64,000 nucleotides of DNA. It comes from Auanema rhodensis (Eukaryota; Animalia; Nematoda). How positions within the stretch are numbered: position 1 is the stretch's first letter; every line of letters starts with the position of its first letter. Shown one piece after another: positions 24,391 through 36,800 of this stretch. A program made the translations under genes and the position numbers. Under the pieces are notes generated by a model. That model was not told where the DNA came from, ran no database searches, and saw only the letters and a program-made list of their open reading frames with translations. The DNA lies in NCBI GenBank assembly GCA_964057225.1, contig OZ059897.1, positions 12,586,001 to 12,650,000 of the forward strand, given 5' to 3'.

Positions 24391-26890
24391 ATGAAGTGGA
24401 CCTTCTTGGTACCACTAATTTCAATTTCAACAGCTTTGCAGCTGTTGCCCAATCATGTTTCACTTAATAATAAAACTAAAGTTATTGAAGCTGATACAAC
24501 TTGGTTAGACAAAAAGCAACAAGAAGTTCAAAGAGTGAGATAATCAACAACTGGATTTATATTGATAATGGATTACTATTTCTAGATTTCGCTTGATGCT
24601 TCAAATAAGGAAAAAGTTATATTGCAATTATTGAACACAAAGAAAACTTTTGAAGCTAGTGCTTCTGGAAATGTCGCTGCAGCCGAAACTTCAGATGGCA
24701 AAAGAGCTCAAGTTCAAAAGATTGGAGAAAAAGGTGGAATAGCCACATATGATGGACATAAGTGGGTGTTCTTCAATCATTTTCTTTTTCGCTTTCAAAT
24801 AATTCATCTGAATAATCGTTTTTAAGAGGTCAAATCCGTGTGAAAGATGATGAAGATGGACGTCATGCTTTCTTGAAAGCAGATGGAAAATATGATTTAG
24901 ATACAGTAATGAGAGGAGATCTTAAGAAACCTGAGGTAAATTGATTCATAATCAATAAAATTAATTTTTTTCAATAACTTTAGACAACAGACTTTGAAGC
25001 AACTAATGATCGTTTTGATTTTAAAGTAAATCCAAGTTCACATGACAATAATACCGGTGAAGGTACATTGGCGTTTAATGATAAGGTTAGATTAACTATA
25101 TAATATAATTAATATATTTATATTGTATAGAAAGAAGGCAAAAAAGGTCAATATCAATATACTATTTCTCAAAATGGAAAACGTACTGATGCTTTTCTTG
25201 CTGGAACCGATAAAGGTGCTGCCGGAGAATTTGGTCAATCTCTCTTCGGTCGCCGTAGTGAGAAATACCATTGTTTAGGTAAGATTTATACATAGAAATA
25301 TAATTTAAAAGTTTTGTTTTAGCTGAAACTCCTGGTGTTTCTCAGTGCTATGATGCTCAGGGAAAATCTGTTGGAAAAGTAGTTGCTGACAAGAATGGAA
25401 ATACTGTTGTGTACAACGACAAGGATGTTCCTATTGGTACCGGCACAGTCCGCAAGCTCGGTGAAAGAAGCTATGAAGTAAACAATTATTTCAAAAGTCA
25501 CATGTGGTTAATTATAATATTTTAGGCTGTAATCTCCAAAAATCTATTTATTGCACGTTTGAAAGATGCTCGATCAGCTCCATGCTGCAAAGAGTTAACT
25601 GGAAAAGAATGCACTCAACCAATCAAGTTAGCGAATCCAACAGTGAGTATAACTTAACAAAAATTATATTATTTTAACTATTTGATATATATATATATGT
25701 CATATTATATAATATTTTTTTATAGTTTTCTCATCCATCTCGCCGAGAAGGTGAAACTGTTCATTTGACTTGGCCAGATTGTTTCGATATGGGAATTGAT
25801 GTAACATTACCTCCAGGTAAAACATTAATTAATTATTTATTATTCGATAAAACTGATAATACTAAATTCAATTTGCAGGAGTTCATATCAACAAATTGGC
25901 CATGAAATTGGATGTCTCTATTCAACCAATTGGTAAGCTTCGTTGTATGGATGTTGCTACTTGTGGTCGAGAATGTTTCTATTGTGACTGGTGCAAAAAC
26001 ACAAGGTTCTATTAAAATTCAAAAAAAAACATTAACCAAGTTTATCCAGACAACTAAAATTATTGGAAAATAATGAAGGAAATCTTTGTCGTGCTACTGG
26101 TGAGAGAACATATCGTTTAACAACCAAGCTTTGTCCACCACCTGAGGATCCAAACTTTACTATGTGTTCAGCTTTCTCTAAGTAAGAAATCTTTGATTCT
26201 TTAAATTTTTAATTATTTTTCTTTTGTAAGATCTGTCTGGCAAAAAGATTATTGGCAAAAGCAAGGAGCTGTTGATGTTTGGATGAAATTCTATGAACGT
26301 GGTCAAACTAGACCTGAGGTAATTTAACAGAAAAAAAAGTAATTAATTCATTGAATACATAATTAATTTCAGTTAGAAAAAGAATTCTTTGCTCAAATAG
26401 ATAATCCACTTCTTGGACGTGCTTTCAAATTAGCTATTATTGCTGAATGGTTAGCAGCTAACAGTATTGATGTACGAATATTATTATTTTTTTTGTTTTA
26501 ATTAAAAGAAAATTATTTAGCAAGGATCATATACTCCTACAAACTCTGAATTATTAGAATTTTGGGTTTCAAAGCGTGATCCAGATCGTCTTCTTGCTTG
26601 TCAACATGCTGTTGTTGATTATGAGATTGAAGGTGCTAAGGTTAAGACAAATCTTCTATTTGAAGCTGCTACAACAGCTAATTCTGTAAGTTTATTGTCT
26701 AAAGCATTACAGTAGTTTATTTTAAATTCTTTTTCAGATTCCTAATATTCTTAAAGACAAAAAATGCAGTGCTTTTGAAAAATTACAAGAAGATCGTTTC
26801 CAACAAGAAGCTCGTGAATACAAAAAGCAAACAGGTGGAGGAAATCTTCTAAGTGGTATTGGAAGCTTCTTGAATACTGTTCGAGGATAA
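24391..26890 (+). CDS. Secreted protein of unknown function: signal peptide, Gly/Lys/Asp-rich beta-type N-terminal region, Cys-rich C-terminal domain
   Basis: TTTTCAG at 24377-24383, then ATG at 24391 (MKWTFLVPLISISTALQLL). About 14 short exons splice in frame. C-terminal motifs include APCCKE, WPDCFD, GKLRCMDVATCGRECFYCDWC and LLACQ. Stop TAA at 26888-26890. Confidence 0.85.
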
Positions 26891-29059
26891 CAATGAAGAA
26901 TATCGAATCATTTAAATTTTTAAAAAAACTTAATTTATTTTAATTTTTCATATATAAGCTATACGGTTCGAAGTTTTATGCATATTCCTCGTATACTATT
27001 ATTATTTTGTTTTTATTTTCATCCAAGTTTTCTTTATCTGTACATAAAGATCTCCAAATATACTACATACATACATTTCTGAGGTTTTTAATTATAATAT
27101 TTTCTATTTAAAAAGAAAAATAAAAAAAGAAAAATATTGAGGTTTTGCGGTTAAAATGCAAATTAGATGAAAACAGGTGTTTTGCATTCTATTTAATTTG
27201 CTTGATTTCACATCAAAAATCAATCAGCTGCTGCTTTTCACTACGACTATTCACCGACTCATCCGTCATAATCCGAACAAGCCACAAGATGATCTATCGG
27301 CCAAGATTCTGAAAGCACTCAAATAGAATAATTGACAGATAGACAGATCTATTAGTTATATACTGATCTTAAAAGCTTTGTTAAAATCATCAACATCATA
27401 TATTACATATACTTCAAATGTATAATCATCATCATCATCATCATTATCTATTCAAATTTTTAATTATTTAAAACTTCTTTTATAATATAAAGTTATTATT
27501 AACATATAATAAGTATAAATATAAGTATAATTAAGAATTTTTATTTAAGAAATATTTTAAATTTCATGTATTCATTTTCACTCAATTTTAAAACTTCATT
27601 TTTGACTTTTGAATTATTTAAAGAATTTTATGACGTTTTATACAAAAAATAAAATTTTCTATATATTTTCACTACAAATTCATTCAGATTCAGAGAAAGA
27701 ACAACACAAAACGATCCAATCCCTCTTTTCTTCTGCAAAAATTTCCAATTTTTCAAAAAATTGGTCTTCCACCATCATCTTCTTAAGTCCACGAGCGCTG
27801 TTATTAGCACAATGATGTAACTTCCGAGCTTTTTTTGCCTCAAAATTTATATTTATTTTACTTTTAAAATATATTTATGATAATATATTATAATATAAAT
27901 AAATAATTATGTTCTATTACTTTTCATGTTCTATAACTAATAAGAAAAAATGTCATTAATAGCAGGATGAGCTAAGTTTTTTTTAATTGTGCAACTCGAA
28001 AGAAGAAAATCTGATAGCATTGAAGTTCATTAATCACGTCCTATGAGATTTTAGCTTATTTTCATTTTCCTTTTCTAAACATAGATTACATTTCGCTTTC
28101 TTCTTCTTCTTCTCTTTTTCAATTTTTTGTATTTGGCTGTGAAATGTAATTTTTTTCTTTTTTTTTGTCTTCATTATTATTATTATGCAAAAAAACTTTT
28201 TGTTAATGAGAAAGAAAAAGTTGTTTTCATATTTAATATTATATTTTGAATTTTAAAATTACTATTTCATTAATTACGTTTTGCAATATTTTCCTATCTA
28301 CTATATCTTAAAAACCTCGTTTTTTTTCCTTTTTTTTGTTTTCAAAAAAAAATTGTTCTATTCTTAAAGTAAACTTTTAAGAAATCTTGATTGATGAGTT
28401 ATAGTTAACATTGTCCAAATGATAAATGTTTTTGAGAGTATAGTTAAATCATGAACCTATCCCGTTAGAGCAAGTTCTTTCGCTTTTGGCACCGGAGGCG
28501 GAGTCGATTTTCGTACGAGGAGTCTCGGATTAAATGCAATGGGGTCCTCCTGAACCTTCTGATGGCTGGCAGAGCTTCAGCACATTCATCTAAGCTAGAT
28601 TTCTTTTCTTCTTTTTTTTGATTTTTTAATTATTTCAAATATATCAATAACCATATATGTTGATGAATTAATTAAATAAAGAAAACATTCTGAAATTGAT
28701 GTCCAAAATATTTTGATGCTTAAAACTCTGAAAAATGAAATGATGTGACATTTTGAATAAGATCAAATTACATATATAAACGAATCTTCGACCATCTTTT
28801 TCTTATTTTAACATTTACTATTACACTTTTGTTGAAACAATTAGACACCTTTTTACTTTTTATTTTCTAAAATACATATATTATATGTATATTATCAGCC
28901 ATTTTACTATTATTAAGGTAATTAATAATTAGTTTTTTACTATAATTTTATTTTCTCTCCTTCATGTGTAAATATAAACGTTTTCACTTCATTATTGGAT
29001 AATATTTCAGTTCATTTCAGAGGCTGTTGCCGTTTCTGTTTTCAGAATCAACGGACAGA

Positions 29060-30307
29060 ATGGAGCGAGAGCTTCGTTTGAAAGCCTTTGTAGAGGAATA
29101 TAGTCGTTTAGTTCAACTATTCGATGATATAATGACTATGAAAGAATCTATGATGAGATTAGAAACATACATGATTATTATGGTTTGTCAAGTAGCAGCA
29201 GCTATGATGGTGAGGTTTTTCGACATTCTTCTAAATATATTCGTGAAATGTAAGAAAACTATAAATTTTCATATGTATCGTGGTATTTTTCACACATTCT
29301 CTTATTTGAGGTTGAATTTCTTTTAAGCTATTCAATCAGATTTTTAAGTATTAAGACATATAATATAGACAGATGTAATATATCTGTCATATAGAATAGA
29401 ATAAGGTCTAATTATACATATGTATGTGTCCTTATTTCAATTGAAAGCTAAACCTTTTTATGGATTAACTATAAATTTTATATATTTATAACATATAAAA
29501 TATATTTTGAAATCTAAATAGTAATAGATTCTTTAGTAAGTTAAAAAGAAAGACTATTCATCATTATATTGACCATTCTATGATGACTTGTTAAAGCAAT
29601 TTGAACGTTGTTCAATTGGGTTTCTTAGATTAATTCCTTAAAAGAAAAAAGAATTAACGTGCCATCAAATCATTATAAAAGGATAGAAATGAAGATCTTT
29701 TCTCTTAAGATTAATCATATAGCAAATTAGACACTCATTTCATATTCATTCACAATTCTCTTTAATTAATTAACATTACATTACTTATAATACCTCATTT
29801 TATCTTAACTATACATACATATATTCATATATATATATATATATAAACTTTTATATATTACTTATACTAAAACATTTTTTAAGGCTGGAAGCTTCTTTCT
29901 TTTATTTCGATTTTGTCAACATCAGAAACATCGTGGGGAATATGAATTGGAACATCGTTTCGAGAGAGAAAATACAAATGTCCAAAATAAGGAGCCAGTT
30001 AGACGATCCGTTGCCTAGGGTACGTGTCACTTTTTTCCAGTTGTCCTCATCATCAAACCTTTTACAGACTTGTAATGATGTTCAGGCTAATAATGATGAT
30101 GATGATGACGATGAGGATGATGAAGATTCTTCAGAAAATAATAAAAATTCACAATTTCTTACAAAAATTGAAATTTCATCTTCTACGGCATCATCATCTA
30201 TTAAATCAGTAAGGTTACATCATAATGCTTATTATCCATCAGAGGTATCAATTCCTACAATTGATCGAACCATCAGCCAAGATTCTTTAACCATCATTCG
30301 AAAATAA
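29060..30307 (+). CDS. Small putative single-pass membrane protein; 3' structure ambiguous
   Basis: ttttcag then ATG at 29060. Exon 29060-29209 splices to 29884, giving the hydrophobic span YMIIMVCQVAAAMMAGSFFLLF. That frame stops at TAG 30016-30018, while a +1 frame continues as an acidic/Ser-rich ORF to 30307. Confidence 0.55.
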
Positions 30308-30699
30308 AAACTGAATTTTTTGTGTTTGTAGCAGCCTTACCTTTCTTCTCAGGAAGAATATTTTTGTTTTGTTTCTTTTTTTTTTTGAAAAAGAAAAAGA
30401 ATAAAAATTCATTTTTTTACTTATCTATTTGCTTTTTTTTTATAATTTTGAAGTTTTTATTGTATAAATAGGCTTGATTGTTAGAGATTTTTTCTTTTCT
30501 TCAATTTATAAACGGATTTTTTATGTACATATATGTATTTGTGTATGTATGTTAATATTACGTAAAATATTTTTTTGTCTTGAATTTTAAAAAAATAATA
30601 TTGTAATTCTTAATTAATTTATAATATATTAAAAATTATTGCTTTAATATTTTATTATATATAATATTATTTTTATTTGTTAAGAAGACCCATTCATAA

Positions 30700-32663
30700 T
30701 TAAATTGGTTGAGCATCAAGTGTACATAAGTGAACATTTCTTTTTTGCTTTTGTTGTTTTCTCACAATAAAGTTCAAAAATATATAAGAAAAGAATTAGT
30801 TTACTCTCTTGATCCTGATTGACGATTTAAAGCATCATCAACAGAAAATCTTTTATTATTATTCTGGGACATTGGAGATGGAGTTGTTGATGATGTTGTA
30901 AGTGTAGCAGCTGTAGATCGACGTGGTCGACTAAATTTCAGAGCTTTACCCAAAATATTCCAACGTGATTGAGCCTGAAAAATTAAAATATAGTCTTTGA
31001 GGAAAAAAATTTCTTTTTTAGTTAATGACTCTGAAATAAGGAAGCTGTCATGTTTTGCATTTTTGTGTATGACAAATGAGAGCTTTAAATATGCTACATC
31101 ATACAGTGAGGATTAAACTCCGAACTGAAGGTAGAATCAGTAAAAATAAAAGAAATTTTTTTTTTTAAAGTTATAATATATCAATTATTTTGATTAAGTT
31201 TTAATTTTAAAACTTAAACACTTCAAAACATTCTACAGAATCACTTACACGTGGTGACAGTGAGTCATGTGAACCTAACGATGACGTTGATGCTGTTGAA
31301 GTATATGGATTAAGACCCGGATAATGAGATCGAGAAGACCAGCTTCTAAAACAATTGAAATTGTTTATAAACTTCTGAATTTGTTTACCTCGTATTCAAT
31401 GATGTACTAGGAGGAACTAAGCTATGTCTTGGAGAAGATTTGATTTTAAATTCAAGATATTCACGTGTAACCATTTCTCTATCATGAGGCTTAATCATAT
31501 AATTTTTTTAATATATTAAGATTAAAATATTTCAAAACCTTTTCTTGTCTCCAAAAATATTGTACAAATATTCTTTTTTTGAAATTATTTGAATTTTCTC
31601 CTTCTGAATATGATATATACAAAGTATTAAGTTTATATTTAACAAACGTAATGTTATAGGACTTATTACAGATACAATTCGATGAAATGATGTGCACGTT
31701 CTCCAACTACTAAAATATCGTGAGACTCGAAAAACCTAAATGTATATATATATATATATATTATATTTAAAATATATAATTGATATTGTACCTGATTTAG
31801 AGAGACACTTTGAATTCCTGCACCTCGAGCTCGTGATCTATAAGCTCCTCTCATCTCTCCTCGACATGTCAACAAGGTAACCTTAAAAGCCTTATTAAGC
31901 ATTGAACAAAAATTATTTCAACTTGATGAAAGGTTGTCATATTTTCTGATGAATAAAATCTTGTTGAACAACTAGTTTGCTTCCACCATTGTTGATCACT
32001 TAGAATTTCTTCTTCTGATACTTCATCTCCATCACAAATAAAACAAAAATTATCAACAACCATTGATGGTGGTATCTAAGATTAATAAATTAATTTTATT
32101 TAAATTATGTATATATATATATATAGATATATATAAACATACTTTACTAATATATTTAATAGGACAACGTATAGTATTTGTTAATGTACTTGGTCCATCT
32201 AATGGCTTTTCATCAACTGAGAAAACAGGTATAGGTTCACATGAATTACCATAATGATATAATACTGCTCGTTCTTCTTCAGTACTATCACTTGTTGTAA
32301 GGACTAAAATATAAAATTATATTATTTTATTTTTCAAATCTTTACCGGATTTGCATAGCCTCACAGGACATGCATTAACTTCAACTGGGAAGTCAATAAT
32401 GGAATCCTCTGATTCATCGCGTGAACTGCTAAAGAATTATTCCAAAACAAGTGTAAACATTATTTCATATAAATAATATAATTAAAACATTATACTCTTC
32501 ATAAATAGACAATCCCAATATTATTTAATTTCTCCAGTTGTTTTTTAAACAAAAAAACACAAAACACTGTCAATCTTTTATCATACCTGTCTATAGTTAA
32601 GAATCTTTGTAGCCTTCCTCGCCTAATCATCGTTTCAGATTCATCAAGTATAACCGCAAACAT
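30700..32663 (-). CDS. Stand-alone nematode conserved-domain protein (DUF7747-type by recollection), paralog of the TWK tail domain
   Basis: Eleven phase-compatible exons: 32663(or 32707)-32587, 32428-32346, 32303-32143, 32075-31923, 31881-31792, 31735-31648, 31603-31539, 31489-31389, 31345-31249, 30974-30805, 30760-30700. They encode IPPSMVVDNFCFICDG...QQWWKQTS...SRYFSSWRTCTSFHRIVSVI...FKKRIFVQYFWR. The last acceptor is an atypical GAG, so the final exon is less certain. Confidence 0.8.
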
Positions 32664-33489
32664 GCAGCTCTCATCCTCGACAAATCTTAAATTTCCTTTT
32701 ACTATTCCTGTATTTAAATGTTGTCAGAAATGTAATGGAAACAGTAAAAGAAGTACTACGAGCAGAGGCCACACAGCCAAAAACAGTAGGATGTTTTGGT
32801 AGAAGTATACAAGAAGTAAAGCCTTAGAAGTTTTAGCCCCAAGCTAGGATAGCAATGATAGTACTAGTAGTAGTAATAACAGTAGTAGTACTATACATCA
32901 GAAGTAAAACTTCAATTATGAAACATAAAAACACTTATGTAGCTTGTAGAAGAACGTGCGCCCAAACATACAATGCACACACAGTATGGTAAAAGCCAGA
33001 AAATTTGATACATATATTTATATAATATAGATAATCTTTATTTATAAAATGCACATAATTAGAAAGAAGATATTAATAGTAATGAAATGTCAAATTATCA
33101 GTTTCTAATTAGAAAAAGAAAAACAAAGAAAGAAGTTGTTTGGAAGATATTGTCTTCAAAATTCAACGATTATGACTCAAGAGCTATTTTGATGAAAATA
33201 TAGTTTTTATATAGAAATTTGTTGAAAAAAAATGTTTTTTTTTTCAAATAAAAAACAAAAAGAAAGCAGAAAATAAAAATTGTTTTTAAATAAGAGGTAT
33301 CATTTCTGCAAATTGTTTGTATCAATGAACAGCACTAAGCAAAAAAGTATGAACCTGAGATGGTTTTGCATATATCTTATACATTTTCTGTATCCTTTTT
33401 AGGAAATTTTTCTTCCCTTCGATATACATTTTACTTTGAAATTTACAAAACAAATGAAGGAGGAAGGTAAAAACCCGCATAATTTGGAT

Positions 33490-33770
33490 ATAATATAAGA
33501 GAATTGAAGATAAAAATAGTAAGAAGAAGTAAAAGAGAGAAACAAATGAACGACAAGATCATGAAAGAGGAAATATGAAATGGGGGATAGCGAGATGGAT
33601 ACACAGGGACAGATAGACTGATTGGACAGAGGAAGAAACAGTAACAAACATAGAAATATACAAAAACCTTTTAAGACAGAGAGGGAGAGAAGGGGGGAGA
33701 GAAAGAGAGAGAAAAGAAAAGAAAAAGAGAGAAATAGAGAGTGAGATAGAGAGAGATAAAGAAAAAAACA
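33490..33770. repeat. GA-rich simple sequence between the two DUF7747-type coding blocks
   Basis: Long purine-rich (GA/GAA) tract on the + strand, i.e. CT-rich on the sense strand of the minus genes. Confidence 0.7.
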
Positions 33771-33889
33771 AAAATTTAAAAGTTCTCTCTAAAACAGAAA
33801 GATAAGAAGTTGACAGGGAAAAATTTGGCTAGAAAAAGACATCATCTTCACAGTCTTAGAAATGGCTGAAGCGTATCTAGACAACAAAG

Positions 33890-36800
33890 CTACATCTTCT
33901 GAAACCTCTTCCGTTGAGCAGAATCTGTTACGAAGCGCAATAGACGCTGTCTTCGAGGATCAAATTCCTTTTGCACCCGAGCTTTTTCCACAGCTTTAGC
34001 ATTACGCCATAGATATTGGACAAACAGACGCTTCTTGAAAGCTGGATTACTGTTTCGATCATCAGCAGACACCTTATCGATCATGGTTACAATACGATGG
34101 AATGAAGTGCAAGTCTTCCAGAATGAGTAGAATCGTATTACCTGTAAGAGCAGTATCATAGACAATATCTGCTCAACTCAAAGATATTAATTTCAAATTA
34201 TGCCAAAAATTAATTTGAAAACAAAAAAGTTTGAGAATAGCCCTACTTTGTATACATGAGTCAGGCAAACTTTGTTCTGAGCTTGTTTTGAGGAAGTCCC
34301 GCTAACTGATGATCGTGGTGTTGATGATGAAGAAGCAGTCGGATGATTTACCTATTTAGTAAAAAATAACTTCTTCAAGTAATAACTAATAAGATATAAT
34401 CAAGAAATAATCTACTAGAATCTAATATCTAATTTATTTTCTATTAGCTACTAGAAGGGTAAAAAGTTACTTGAAGAGTTCCACTTGCTAATTTAGCAGT
34501 TATGACTTTGCCTTTAGCTGTTATGCAGTTAACACGATGGAATTGTCGAAGATCCTCCGAGTAAAAATACTGAGAAAATGAGAAATTCATCTTATTATCT
34601 CAGTCTTATATACCTTTGTCGGTCGAGAAGTATGTCTCCACCATTGATCATCACCCAAAATGTCTCCCATTCGTACCCGTTCACCGTCAACCACAAAGCA
34701 ATAATTATCCTATAAATTTGTTTCTTTCCCAAAGAACTGATAAACAAAAAAAGGTAACAATGGTGCAGAGGTACGAATGGCTACTCTAATTCAAATTGGA
34801 AATATTTCTAAATATCAGGGAGGCCAGTGTTCAAAATTTGAATTTAAAGATTGGCCCCCTAGACAAGGATTAGTGTGCGCGGATGCAAGTGCGATTGTGA
34901 GTGCTGGTGCTGATCATGAATGCTACATACCTCAACCATAGTTGGTGGAATAGCTCCTGTCAACATGCTAGATGGTGCTGACATGAGATTTGCCAATGCG
35001 GCTTCTGTTTGTACCGTATCATGATGAACAGAATGCACGGGCATATCTTGATGAAATATCACCTGAATATAGTACTTGCATGTTTTTCAAATGCTAGAGG
35101 AAAACTAATAGAGGACTAATAACTACAGTATATCTTGGAAAATAAAGAAATATAACCCATACCGGGTCCTCTGTGTTCAGCAATGTCTCCGCCGAAAGGC
35201 CAGAATCAACAAGCTCGAAAGCACCAAGATCTAGATCGAAACCACTAGTGCTTTCCTCTTCTGATGGTATATCTACCACATGACTGAAAAGACTTCTGTA
35301 TGAACTTGAAATGTCATCGAAGTCAAGAAGAGCAGTGAAAGTGCCACATCACATTCACGAAAATAAAACCGAATAAAACCATTAAGCGAAAGAATATTTA
35401 AAAGAGTTTGGCAGTGAAAGTGAAAAAAACGAGAACTTAAAAGCTAAGTCAACCACAAAAACCCTCAAAATCACAAAAACTAATGATAGGTGCACCACAA
35501 AAACTAAGAGTTAATCACAACCTCGATTATATGTAAATTAAAATTGGAAATAGTTGTATAGATTAGAAAAAGTAGAAGACAAATACGCACAATTTCCAAT
35601 TACATATTGGAAGAAAAGAAAAAAAAACAAAAAGTCCAATGTAGTAGTAGTCCGTAGCAGTATAAATAGTACATAGGAGAAAAAGAAACGAAATACTTAA
35701 CAGCACCACACGAGGTAAACTATAAGAAGATAATGAAGTCTAGAATTTCTAGTGCTTTCCAATTATTTTAAACAAGCTTGTCGTGTAAAGAAATACCGCA
35801 CAATCACATTTTCACAGTCAAGAGGGGAAGGAAATCGCATTTGCAATAGAAGAGCCATAAGCTAAAGAGAGACGACCACGTAGCAAGATGGTTATATCCA
35901 TATATGAACAATAGGCCATAGAAGCAGAGAATGTGTTTTAACCTGTTACGCCTGGCAGTGATTAGTGCATCTTCGTGCACTTCCATGTGCAGTTGATCCT
36001 CCACTTCAAGCTCCAAAAATATGGATGGTACTTCTGGTGGAATATGTACCATTTCAGCTGGTGAATGTAATCTTATAGATGCTGGTGTATGTGTAGCAGG
36101 TGGCGATGAAATTGACGACGTCATCCGATAGAGGGATGACGTGACTTCAGCTGAGAAGATGTTCGGTTGTGCTTGCGGCAAATAATAAATAGTATCTAGT
36201 GGAGAAGTTGTTGTGGACATTGCACACGATTCCGGTGGACAGGGAGATGCAGCAAAATGTTCCGGTGGTGAAAGAAGGAAAGTAGGTGTCGTAATTGGTG
36301 ATGCCCCGAAAAGTAACGGCAATGTGTCAATGCGGAGCTCCTTTGGTCTATCCTCGATCACGTATTGGCCTCTGTTTGTTTTGAGATTTTATATTATTAT
36401 ATATGTATATATATATTATGTTATTTGTGGAAATTTAACACAAGTAATATTCAAAGTTAAAATCATCTCATGCTTAACTAATTATTTCGTTCAAACTCAA
36501 TAATGTGCTATTATGAAGTGCAATTAATGTTAACAGCATTCAGCTACTTTTTTGCTAATTTTTTGTTCAAAACTCAAAAAATTAAACTTACAAATTCAAA
36601 TCAAATTGATTAATTCAAAAAAAACAAAACAAAAAAAAACGAAAATATCGTACCTCTCATATGGTTTTTCATACTCTTCCAACATTTGAATGTATGAATC
36701 CCAATCTTCCATACATGCCAAGCCAATGGGCTGAAAAACAAATATTTTCTCTGTAGCTTTAAGCATATTCTCTTAATCTTTAATGCTTTTTTATATTCCA

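Noticed and set aside
27215-27430. Possible LINE reverse-transcriptase relic (YTDL/KAF-like translation)
   Set aside because: Needs several frameshifts, and the similarity is within chance for AT-rich DNA.
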